From a bacterium (lineage in GTDB: Bacteria > Zhuqueibacterota > Zhuqueibacteria > Oceanimicrobiales > Oceanimicrobiaceae), in contig JBHHXT010000003.1 of the NCBI GenBank assembly GCA_046757165.1, positions 1 to 64,000 of the forward strand: a DNA stretch of 64,000 nucleotides, in the 5' to 3' direction. Positions within the stretch are counted from its first letter, which is position 1. Each line of letters starts with the position of its first letter. The translations under genes were made by a program, and so were the position numbers. This document shows, in pieces, positions 48,210-56,989 of the stretch. The notes beneath the pieces were generated by a model, which saw nothing but the letters and a program-made list of their open reading frames with translations, made no database searches and had not been told where the DNA came from.

Positions 48210-48225
48210 AGCAATTAGTATGCCA
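48210..48225 (-). promoter_or_regulatory. Sigma-54 (-24/-12) promoter
   Basis: Minus strand TGGCATACTAATTGCT (GG-N10-GC), ~90 bp upstream of kinase A. Confidence 0.75.
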
Positions 48226-48434
48226 CTCGAATGTTATGTGCTCAAATCGCGATATGTTGCGGCATTTCAACCGGTTGCTTTCACCGGGCTCCTGGAGATC
48301 AGGCAGGGAATGCCTGTGTCCTTTTGATTCAGGTGTACGATTACTGGACAGCACTCTGGACAGGAATGAGGTCAAAATTTACCTAAATAATAAATTTATT
48401 TAAGATTAGTAATGCTGCCGGTGCGCTTTTTTTC

Positions 48435-48463
48435 TTGCATTTCAAGGGCTTTTGTCCTATCTT
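48435..48463 (+). promoter_or_regulatory. Sigma-70-like promoter for the rsbU-mla run
   Basis: TTGCAT-17 bp-TATCTT. Confidence 0.45.
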
Positions 48464-48508
48464 TTAATAAACTTTCAACCTGGGCACCCTTTTTCAACGC
48501 AACAACCT

Positions 48509-49840
48509 ATGCTTGAAGATAAGCAAGACGTCACGCTGGCCGCACGCGACCCGCTCAACGATCCACAAGATGAACTTGCTTATTTGCGCTCCAAAGTCGC
48601 CGATCTATCCAGCCTGATCGAAGTCAGCATCATTATCAACACGACCCTGGAGTTGGAACGCTTAATGGCTCTGGTCATGGAGAAAGCCCAGAGCGTGATG
48701 AAAGCTGAAGCAAGCTCTGTCATGTTGATCAATGAGCAGAGTCATGTGCTGGAATGCGAAGTGGCGCTCGGCAAAGTCGGAGACAAAGTCAAGAAGATTC
48801 AGCTTCAGATGGGTGAGGGCATTGCGGGCTGGGTAGCACAACACGGCGAAGCACTCATCATTCCCGACGTCTCAGTTGATTCCCGGTTCTCTGCCAAAGC
48901 CGACGACTCGACGGGCTTTCATACGAAATCTATCCTGGCCGCCCCATTGGTGGTGAAAGACAAGATTATCGGTGTGGCCGAGGTGGTCAACCGTATCGAT
49001 GGGCTGGCATTCAATCAGGAAGATCTGGAGCTGTTTTCCACATTTTGCCGGCAGGTCGCCATGGCGATCGAAAACGCGCGCATGCACAAGCTGGAGCTCG
49101 AGAAGCAGAAGCTGGAGCAGGAGCTCGAGTCGGCAAGAATCATTCAGCAAAGCTTCATGCCACAGGCATTTCCGTCGCCCGAGCGCGAGTTTTCGATTTC
49201 AGCCAAGAGTCTTCCGGCGGCTTCCGTCGGGGGTGATTTTTTTGATTTTTATGAATTTGACAACGGTTCTATCGGCATCGCCGTTGGCGACGTGACGGGC
49301 AAGGGCATCCCGGCCGCTCTTTATATGGCGAGGCTGGTCAGCGATTTGCGTTTGTTTACGCAAAAGTACAGGAACCCGGCCAGGGTGGTGCACGAGCTCA
49401 ACGAGCTGCTTGCTGACCGCAGTCGGCGGGGAATGTTTGTTACTTTTCAATATGGCATTTTCGACCCGGAACAGCGGAGATTTACGTTTGCCAATGCTGG
49501 CCATCTCCCTTTTGTTAGAATTCATTCATCGCAAGACAGAGTTGAAGTCTTGACCGGCGGGAAAGGCATTCCCCTCGGGATCATGTCAGACATGAATATC
49601 GAGGAAGCGTCTGTCGTGCTAGAAAAGGGCGACTGCATCGTATCGATAACAGACGGCATCATTGAAGCCAAAAATAGTTCAGGCGAGGCCTACTCACTGC
49701 GGCGCACTTTGGAGGTGCTGGCGAAACCTCAGACGCGCGCTGCCGCTGTAGTCGACTGTCTCCTACAAGATGTGCAGGCTTTCACTGCGGACACCGCGCA
49801 GCATGATGACTTAACCATCTTAGCCTTGAAATGGAACTGA
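48509..49840 (+). CDS. GAF + SpoIIE (RsbU-like) phosphatase
   Basis: GAF (GEGIAGWV, SILAAPL); VGGDFFD, GDVTGKG, NAGH, TDGIIEA, DDLT. Confidence 0.9.
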   Translation: MLEDKQDVTLAARDPLNDPQDELAYLRSKVADLSSLIEVSIIINTTLELERLMALVMEKAQSVMKAEASSVMLINEQSHVLECEVALGKVGDKVKKIQLQMGEGIAGWVAQHGEALIIPDVSVDSRFSAKADDSTGFHTKSILAAPLVVKDKIIGVAEVVNRIDGLAFNQEDLELFSTFCRQVAMAIENARMHKLELEKQKLEQELESARIIQQSFMPQAFPSPEREFSISAKSLPAASVGGDFFDFYEFDNGSIGIAVGDVTGKGIPAALYMARLVSDLRLFTQKYRNPARVVHELNELLADRSRRGMFVTFQYGIFDPEQRRFTFANAGHLPFVRIHSSQDRVEVLTGGKGIPLGIMSDMNIEEASVVLEKGDCIVSITDGIIEAKNSSGEAYSLRRTLEVLAKPQTRAAAVVDCLLQDVQAFTADTAQHDDLTILALKWN

Positions 49841-49899
49841 AATCCGGCATCCTTTCGCGCAGTCCCAATCCAATATCATCGATTTAGGAGTGAGCATTC

Positions 49900-50322
49900 G
49901 TGAACGAGATCATCATCAAACTGCCCAGTGATCCTCGATTCCTGAAGATCGTTCGAGGCGGCATTGCGCACCTCGGCGAGCTATGTGGATTCTCCGACGA
50001 GGAGTGCAATGCGGTCACGATAGCAGTCGATGAGGCGATTTCCAATATCATCAAGCATACCTACAACGGCGACAGAGAGCAACTCATCGTGGTGAATTTC
50101 AAGCTCCTGGAGGACCGCCTGGAAGTTGTCCTGCGCGATTTTGGCAAAAAAGTCGATCCAAAGACCATCAAGTCTCGCAACCTGGACGACATCAGACCCG
50201 GGGGACTGGGGGTGCATTTGATCAAGACAACCATGGATGTGGTCAATTATGATACTTCTCTGGAGGTAGGCAATCAATTAATTATGGCTAAGTACTTACC
50301 CGGAAGAAAAGAGGCGAGTTGA
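49900..50322 (+). CDS. RsbW-like anti-sigma factor kinase
   Basis: AVDEAISNIIKH, RDFG, GGLGVHLI. Confidence 0.85.
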   Translation: MNEIIIKLPSDPRFLKIVRGGIAHLGELCGFSDEECNAVTIAVDEAISNIIKHTYNGDREQLIVVNFKLLEDRLEVVLRDFGKKVDPKTIKSRNLDDIRPGGLGVHLIKTTMDVVNYDTSLEVGNQLIMAKYLPGRKEAS

Positions 50323-50657
50323 TGTTGTTACTTAAGGTCCGCAAAGAAGATAACTGTTCTATTGTACAAATTGAGGGCGAAGTGGATCTATATTCATCCC
50401 CTGAACTGCGCAAGAAATTGATGGAATTAACCGGTGCCGAGGAGAAAGCGATCGTGGTCGACCTGCGAAAAGTCAGGTACATGGACAGTTCAGGCGTCGC
50501 CACCCTGGTAGAAACGTTGCAGCAGGTGGGCAAATATGGCGGTAAGTTGAAATTGGCCAATCTGCGCGATGCGGTCAAAGACGTTTTCGAGCTGAGCCGC
50601 CTCGACAAGGTGTTTGACATCTTCGAAACCGTTCAACAAGCAAAGCAGACCGGTTAA
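50319..50657 (+). CDS. STAS anti-anti-sigma factor (RsbV/SpoIIAA-like)
   Basis: GEVD, YMDSSG with phosphorylatable Ser. Confidence 0.9.
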   Translation: MMLLLKVRKEDNCSIVQIEGEVDLYSSPELRKKLMELTGAEEKAIVVDLRKVRYMDSSGVATLVETLQQVGKYGGKLKLANLRDAVKDVFELSRLDKVFDIFETVQQAKQTG

Positions 50658-50663
50658 TCGGGC

Positions 50664-51467
50664 ATGGAGTACGTTGCGAAAATCTTCGGCAACATTGGAC
50701 GCTACGCTCTGGACTTATTGGCGCAACTGAGCCGAGTGGCACACCTGGCAGGACAGACGTTCTATTGGATATTTGTCGGGCCGTTCAAAGGCAAAAGCTG
50801 GCGATGGCAAAGCACGGTCGAGCAGATGGTGCGGATTGGCTATCAATCCATCCCCATCGTGACGTTGATCTCTTTCTTTGTGGGTCTGATCATTGCCATG
50901 CAATCGGCGTATCAACTGGAGCAACTGGGCGCCACGATTTATGTGGCCAACCTGGTGGCCGTTTCGATCACCCGCGAGCTGGCGCCGTTGCTGACCGCCA
51001 TCGTCATCGCCGGACGCAGCGGCTCCGCAATCACCGCTGAGATCGGCACCATGAAGGTTTCGGAGGAGATCGATGCCCTGAAAACCATGGGGTTCAACCC
51101 GATCAGGTTTCTGGTGGTGCCGAAAACCATCGCGATGATTGTCATGCTGCCGACCTTGACGATTATGGCCGACTTCATCGGAATCTCTGGCGGGTATATG
51201 ATTTCGATGGCAACCCTGGATATTACCAGCGTGCGATACATCAACCAGACGATGTCCGCACTCTTTTTCCGAGATCTGGCAAGCGGCCTGGTGAAAAGTT
51301 TTTTCTTTGCCATCATCATTGCCAAGATTGGCTGCTATGAAGGGTTTAATGTGGAGGGTGGGGCAGAGGGCGTCGGAAAGTCGACCACCCGCTCTGTGGT
51401 CGCCTCTATCTTCTTGATCATCGCGGCCGATGTTTTTTTCACTGCGCTCTTCTTCTCGACGTTTTGA
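50664..51467 (+). CDS. mlaE: MlaE-family ABC permease
   Basis: RELAPLLTAIVIAGRSGS, EIGTMKVSEEIDAL, GVGKSTT. Confidence 0.9.
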   Translation: MEYVAKIFGNIGRYALDLLAQLSRVAHLAGQTFYWIFVGPFKGKSWRWQSTVEQMVRIGYQSIPIVTLISFFVGLIIAMQSAYQLEQLGATIYVANLVAVSITRELAPLLTAIVIAGRSGSAITAEIGTMKVSEEIDALKTMGFNPIRFLVVPKTIAMIVMLPTLTIMADFIGISGGYMISMATLDITSVRYINQTMSALFFRDLASGLVKSFFFAIIIAKIGCYEGFNVEGGAEGVGKSTTRSVVASIFLIIAADVFFTALFFSTF

Positions 51468-51468
51468 T

Positions 51469-52257
51469 ATGGCAGAACCGATTATCGAAATAAAGGATTT
51501 GGTGGTCAAGTATGGCGCCCGAACCGTCTTGGACGGGGTCGACTTGACGATTCATAAGGGGGAGTCCATCGCCATCCTGGGCAAATCTGGCTGCGGGAAG
51601 AGCACGCTGCTCAGGCATATCATCGGTCTGTCCAGGCCCGCTGCAGGACAAATTCTGATCAAGGGAATAGACATCACGTTCATGCAGGAGGATGAGAAGA
51701 CCGAGGTCCTGAAAAAAATCGGCATGCTCTTCCAGTCCGCCGCCTTGTTCAACTCCATGACGGTTGGGGATAATGTCGCCTTACCTCTAAGGGAGCATAC
51801 GGTGCTCGAAGAAAGCACCATCAGAATCATGACCAACATGAAGCTGGGGATGGTGGGGCTTGCGGGGTTTGAAAAATTTCGGCCCTCGCAGCTTTCAGGG
51901 GGCATGAAAAAGCGGGCGGGACTGGCGCGGGCCCTGGCTATGGATCCTGAGATTCTATTCTGCGATGAGCCCTCTGCTGGCCTGGACCCGGTCGTGGCGG
52001 CTGGCCTTGACCAACTGATCGTGCAGTTGAAGAAGGCGTACAAAATGACTATCGTGACCGTGACACACGAAATGGCGTCGGTGGAGATCATCGCCGATCG
52101 CATCGCGATGATGCACGATGGCAAGATTCTGGCAGTCGGCAAACCACAGGAGCTCAAAAGCATGCGCAATCCTGTGATTCAACAATTCTTCAACCGGGAG
52201 CCGGATGATGAGGAAATAGACAGAGAACGCTATGTGCTTTCGCTGACAGGCGGCTGA
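51469..52257 (+). CDS. mlaF: MlaF-family ABC ATPase
   Basis: GKSGCGKS, LSGGMKKRAGLARA, DEPSAGLDP. Confidence 0.9.
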   Translation: MAEPIIEIKDLVVKYGARTVLDGVDLTIHKGESIAILGKSGCGKSTLLRHIIGLSRPAAGQILIKGIDITFMQEDEKTEVLKKIGMLFQSAALFNSMTVGDNVALPLREHTVLEESTIRIMTNMKLGMVGLAGFEKFRPSQLSGGMKKRAGLARALAMDPEILFCDEPSAGLDPVVAAGLDQLIVQLKKAYKMTIVTVTHEMASVEIIADRIAMMHDGKILAVGKPQELKSMRNPVIQQFFNREPDDEEIDRERYVLSLTGG

Positions 52258-52366
52258 GCACAAAAAGATCCTTTCAGGACGACAGAAAAATAGCATGAAT
52301 AACCTTAATCCGACAAGCTCGAGGCCAACAGCAACAGCCAACAGCTAACCACGGAGATCTTTGATT

Positions 52367-53269
52367 ATGGAGTATACTTCTAGTGAAGTCAAGGTTGGCG
52401 CGATGCTGGTGGTCGGCTTCGGCCTGTTTGTTGCTTTCTTGATCGCCATTTTTGGCGTCACCTGGAACGAAAACACGAATGAATATCAAACCTGTTTGAA
52501 ACAGATTCCCGGGATTGTTGAAGGGTCTTTAGTAAAATATGGCGGCATGGATGTCGGCGTTGTCACGGAGATTGCCCTGCCAGGCAGCGAGGATGAAGAA
52601 GCGCTAATTCGGCTGAAACTCGAAGTTGATGGCAAGACGCCCGTGCGAATGAACTCGCTGGCCTTTGTCACCTCCATCGGCATCATGTCTGACCAGCATA
52701 TCGAAATCTCGCCCGGGTCACCTGATAGCCCCATCATGCCATCGGGCGGCACCTTGCAAAGCAAGGAAATCGTGAGTTTCATGCAGATGGCTGAGCCATT
52801 CAGCGAAATGAGCAACAAATTGCAAGTGCTGATTGAACGCACGAGCGAGATACTTAACGAGGAGAACCAGGCACACCTGGCCTCAACGATGGCGAGCATT
52901 GACCGGCTGGTCACGGACGGGGGAGACAGATTTGTCGAACTGGTAGACAATCTGGATACCCTGACCCGCAATCTCGCCGAGGTCAGCCAGAGCCTGAACG
53001 CCCTGATGGCCGACAATAAGGACAACTTTGACGAAACCCTGGCTCATCTCGAAACCACCACCAGAGAGACCAGCGCGCTGATCAGTGACGTGCGTAGAGC
53101 ATTAGGCGAGTTTGAAAGCATGATTTCAGCCAATGGTGCGAGCTTCGTTGAAATCATGGAGAATTTTCAATATACCTCCCAGAATCTGGAGGAATTTACG
53201 AGAATCGTTAAGGAACGTCCGTGGTTGCTTGTCCGAAAAGCCGCACCCCCGGAAAGGAAATTTCCTTAG
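52367..53269 (+). CDS. mlaD: MlaD/MCE-domain protein
   Basis: EVKVG then TM, GS-x-VKYGGMDVG-x-V, IEISPG, helical C-terminus. Confidence 0.85.
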   Translation: MEYTSSEVKVGAMLVVGFGLFVAFLIAIFGVTWNENTNEYQTCLKQIPGIVEGSLVKYGGMDVGVVTEIALPGSEDEEALIRLKLEVDGKTPVRMNSLAFVTSIGIMSDQHIEISPGSPDSPIMPSGGTLQSKEIVSFMQMAEPFSEMSNKLQVLIERTSEILNEENQAHLASTMASIDRLVTDGGDRFVELVDNLDTLTRNLAEVSQSLNALMADNKDNFDETLAHLETTTRETSALISDVRRALGEFESMISANGASFVEIMENFQYTSQNLEEFTRIVKERPWLLVRKAAPPERKFP

Positions 53270-53292
53270 TCATCAAAGCTCAGGGGCGTTTA

Positions 53293-53916
53293 ATGAAAAA
53301 ACACGCATCAGTGGCATTGAGTTTACTGGTTTCATTTATCCTTACGGCATGCGGCAGCATTCCGCCGACCTATTATTATCGCGTGCACTACCCGGCGCAC
53401 AGCTCCAACAACCGAAGTCCACATCTTCTCAAGACGCTTGCAGTCGCGCAATTCAGCGCGGATGTCCTGTACCAGGGAGATAAGATCGTCTTTCGGGCTT
53501 CGCCGTACGAGGCGCAGTTCTACCATTATCGTCGGTGGGTTGCCCCTCCCAAGAAGATTGTCACTGAAAAAGTGGTGAGACAATACCGGCAAGCAAGTCT
53601 GTTTGAAAAGGTTGTTCGGATTCCGTCGACGGTTCCAATCGACTATGTTCTCAAAGGCCATATCCAGGCTTTTGAAGAATGGGATGAAAGCAGCAGCTGG
53701 TATGGCATCGTGACCATCGAGTTTGCGCTGCACGAGGCGAACAGCGATTCCATCGTCTGGGAGAAAGTCATAACCGAGAGGACTCCGGCCGGCAAAAAGG
53801 AGCCGGTCGAAGTCGTCAAAGCGATCAGCGAAAGTCTCAACAAAGTCGTGACACGCTCAATAGCAGATATCAGAGAAGCGTTGAAAGCTAGTAAGACCGT
53901 TGAGCGAAATAATTAG
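53293..53916 (+). CDS. PqiC-like ABC-transport auxiliary lipoprotein
   Basis: Lipobox LTAC, YY, Y-x-x-RW-x-x-PP, LKG-x-I-x-x-FE. Confidence 0.8.
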   Translation: MKKHASVALSLLVSFILTACGSIPPTYYYRVHYPAHSSNNRSPHLLKTLAVAQFSADVLYQGDKIVFRASPYEAQFYHYRRWVAPPKKIVTEKVVRQYRQASLFEKVVRIPSTVPIDYVLKGHIQAFEEWDESSSWYGIVTIEFALHEANSDSIVWEKVITERTPAGKKEPVEVVKAISESLNKVVTRSIADIREALKASKTVERNN

Positions 53917-53924
53917 GGTGTGCT

Positions 53925-53941
53925 TTGGCACCTTTGTTGAT
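53925..53941 (+). promoter_or_regulatory. Possible sigma-54 site (variant -12)
   Basis: TTGGCACCTTTGTTGAT; good -24 element but GA instead of GC at -12. Confidence 0.35.
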
Positions 53942-53967
53942 AGTTGGCAAACCACATAGGGGAAACG

Positions 53968-55317
53968 ATGGGGAGCTTATCTTCATTAGAGATCTTGGTT
54001 GTTGAAGATAATGACGGGGTCCGCAATGCCATCTTCTATCTGCTTCGAAAATCCGGATTTGCGGTCGAGGCAGTGGATAACGGCCTGGCAGCGCTAGCGA
54101 GACTGCAGCAGCAGTATTTTGATCTGGTGATTTCCGACTACAAGATGAAAAAGATGGATGGCATTCAATTGCTGGGGGAGATCAAGAAGAATTGGCCTGC
54201 GACGGAGGTGATTATCATCACGGCCTTTGGCACCATTTCGCGCGGTGTGGAGGCGATAAAGCTGGGGGCGTTTGATTACATCACCAAACCGTTTGACAAT
54301 CAGGAATTGCTCAGGATTGTGAAGCGGTTCGTGGAGAAGCGCGAGGCCGGGACGCAGGCGCGGGAACGGACACAAAAACTGCGGCAGTTGGCTGAGTTTG
54401 ACGCAATTGTGGGGACCTCGCACAAAATGGTTGAGTTGTTGGAAGTGGTGGTGCGCATCGCCAGCAGAGACAGCACGATCCTCATCACTGGCGAGAGCGG
54501 GACGGGCAAAGAGCTGGTCGCCAAATCTATCCATGCGTTGAGTCCCCGTAAGCATAAGCCGTTTGTTGCAATCAACTGCGGCGCCATACCGGAGAACTTG
54601 CAGGAGAGTGAGCTCTTTGGCCATAAGAAGGGGGCGTTCACGAGCGCCGACAAAGACAAACAAGGCTTGTTTGAAGTGGCCGATGGTGGCACGGTGTTCC
54701 TCGACGAAGTTGCTGAAATGGCCGCCTCCACCCAGGTCAAGCTGCTCCGCTTCTTGCAGGACGGTGAGGTGCGGAGGATTGGCGACAGCTTTCCACGAAA
54801 GGTGTGTGTGCGCGTGATCGTCGCGACCAACAAAAACCTGGAAAGTGAGGTCAAGGCCGGAACGTTCAGAGCAGATTTGTATTACAGAATCAATGTGATT
54901 CCGGTGCATGTGCCGCCTCTGCGGGAGCGCAGGGAAGACATCCCGTTGCTGGTGAACCACTTCGTTCAAAAATACAACGATACCAACAATACTCTGGTCA
55001 AGTCCGTTTCAAAGAGGGCTTGTTCCATGCTGATGAATTACGATTGGCCCGGAAATGTGCGCGAACTGGAGAACGTGATTCATCGCTGTGTGGCGCTGGC
55101 GGCAAGTGAGGAGATTACCCCTGAGCTTCTCCCGGATGAAATCCGGAAGAGGGCGGCCGAAATAGCCCCCGACACTAGCGCTGGCAAGAAAAACCTGGCA
55201 GACATTGAGCATGAAGTCATCCTTGCGACGTTGAAACGCATGAAGGGCAACAAACAAAAAACCGCCAAAGAGCTCGGAATTTCCAAAACGACTTTGTGGA
55301 GAAAACTAAAAGTCTGA
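53968..55317 (+). CDS. NtrC-family sigma-54 response regulator
   Basis: REC domain, GESGTGKE, ESELFGH, GAFTSA, WPGNVREL, Fis-type HTH. Confidence 0.95.
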   Translation: MGSLSSLEILVVEDNDGVRNAIFYLLRKSGFAVEAVDNGLAALARLQQQYFDLVISDYKMKKMDGIQLLGEIKKNWPATEVIIITAFGTISRGVEAIKLGAFDYITKPFDNQELLRIVKRFVEKREAGTQARERTQKLRQLAEFDAIVGTSHKMVELLEVVVRIASRDSTILITGESGTGKELVAKSIHALSPRKHKPFVAINCGAIPENLQESELFGHKKGAFTSADKDKQGLFEVADGGTVFLDEVAEMAASTQVKLLRFLQDGEVRRIGDSFPRKVCVRVIVATNKNLESEVKAGTFRADLYYRINVIPVHVPPLRERREDIPLLVNHFVQKYNDTNNTLVKSVSKRACSMLMNYDWPGNVRELENVIHRCVALAASEEITPELLPDEIRKRAAEIAPDTSAGKKNLADIEHEVILATLKRMKGNKQKTAKELGISKTTLWRKLKV

Positions 55318-55349
55318 GTTTGTGACGCGGTCAGGAAAGGAGGAGTCTA

Positions 55350-56057
55350 GTGGCTGAGAGAAGTGAAGTGAGTCAAGGCAGGGCGCTTGTCTTTCGAGCC
55401 TTTCTCATTTTGATCATGATGGTCATTGTGTTTACGGTTTCTTATAGATTCTTTGACCTCGGGAAAGTGCATGAAAATCCCAGGTTATCTCATCTGGAAA
55501 AATCGCTCCAGGACATTCGGGCGGCCATGAACGTCGACAGCGTGCGGCAATACAATATTCAAAAGATTATGAAAATAATCAACCGATACAACAAAGACAT
55601 GCCATCCGGGATGAAATACGAAATTGCCGATGAAATCTACGCCATGAGCGTGAAATATACCAACCTGGACGTGGATCTGATTTGTGCCACCATCACCCAC
55701 GAAAGCGGCGGCACGTGGGAACCTGAAGTCGAATCAGAATCCGGGGCGATGGGGTTGATGCAGATCATGCCTGCCACCAGCCTGTGGATCGCCCATTACG
55801 AAGGCATTACCTGGACCTCGTCGGAAGATGTGCTGTTCAATCCGATTTACAACATCCGAATCGGTTGTCGTGAGCTCTCGACGTTTATCGACATGTACGA
55901 TCTCGAAGGCGGGTTGGCGGCGTATAACGGCGGCGAGAAACGTGCGGCGATCTGGCTCGCCAACAATAAGGCCAAGGGGCTTCTCTGGGCCGAAACCAGC
56001 AACTACATTCCTCACATTCTCCTCCTGTATAACGAGTTTAAGGAAATTACGCTGTAA
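55350..56057 (+). CDS. SLT-domain lytic transglycosylase with N-terminal TM
   Basis: HES, GAMGLMQIMP, NIRIG, AAYNGG, ET-x-x-Y. Confidence 0.9.
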   Translation: MAERSEVSQGRALVFRAFLILIMMVIVFTVSYRFFDLGKVHENPRLSHLEKSLQDIRAAMNVDSVRQYNIQKIMKIINRYNKDMPSGMKYEIADEIYAMSVKYTNLDVDLICATITHESGGTWEPEVESESGAMGLMQIMPATSLWIAHYEGITWTSSEDVLFNPIYNIRIGCRELSTFIDMYDLEGGLAAYNGGEKRAAIWLANNKAKGLLWAETSNYIPHILLLYNEFKEITL

Positions 56058-56124
56058 CAATTTGTAGATGACGAAATCGAAAGATATCTTGACTTTGTCT
56101 TATTATTATTTAATTTCATGAGCT

Positions 56125-56949
56125 GTGCAGCCCAACCATGAATCATCTAAGTCTGCAAAACTCATGCATGCTTCTCCGAAAAGCCCACATCTGACTGAAT
56201 CGCGGGAGTGGTCAAAGCATCGGGCCTACTTCTCCGACCTCTGCCAGGCAATCAATTCCAAGAGTGAGATAGAAGATATATGCCTTGAAATTCATCAGCA
56301 CATCCAGCACATCTTACGGGTTGATGTCTTCAAGTGTGCTCTGCTGGATGAGCATTCCGGGGTGGCAGCATGGGTGTATGGCGCCGGACAAACGGACCTC
56401 TCCAATGTGGCCCCCTCGCTCACTGCAGATGATTGGTTCAGAGAGGCTGCTGCCAGCAGGGACATGATTTGCAAAGAGCAGAAATACGGGCAGGAGATCA
56501 TTTGTCCGATGATTTGCGACAATCGTGTCCTGGGCGCCATCGTCATTGAAGCCCATCGCCCCGGATCATGGGCAGAGCAGGAGCTGGCGCTCCTGGCGAT
56601 TATTGCCAGCTACCTGGCCCTGGTTCTGCATCATCACTCCCTGGTGGTCGAACTCGAGAACGTTCAGCAAGAACAAGTCCAGTTCGAAGAGATTGTCCGC
56701 AAGAATAAGAAGCTGCTATCCATCATCGAGCTGGCACGCTCGATCGCCCATGAGCTCAACCAGCCGTTGACGGGCATTTCCGGCTATTGCACGCTGATCA
56801 AGGAGCAAATCAGCGCCGACCATGAGATCGTGCGGGACATTGATGAGATTCAGCGACAGGCTGAACGATTGGAAGAATTGGTGTACAGATTTCAAAACGT
56901 GGCCCATGTAGAATATAGCGAGAACCAGAGAAAGAGCCCACCGTTCTAA
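56125..56949 (+). CDS. GAF + HisKA protein lacking an HATPase domain
   Basis: GAF-like segment, then AHELNQPL H-box; ends ~60 aa later; start may be 56164. Confidence 0.75.
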   Translation: MQPNHESSKSAKLMHASPKSPHLTESREWSKHRAYFSDLCQAINSKSEIEDICLEIHQHIQHILRVDVFKCALLDEHSGVAAWVYGAGQTDLSNVAPSLTADDWFREAAASRDMICKEQKYGQEIICPMICDNRVLGAIVIEAHRPGSWAEQELALLAIIASYLALVLHHHSLVVELENVQQEQVQFEEIVRKNKKLLSIIELARSIAHELNQPLTGISGYCTLIKEQISADHEIVRDIDEIQRQAERLEELVYRFQNVAHVEYSENQRKSPPF

Positions 56950-56989
56950 TGACGATTTTTTCAGTAAACAAAGTCTCATTGAGATTTCG

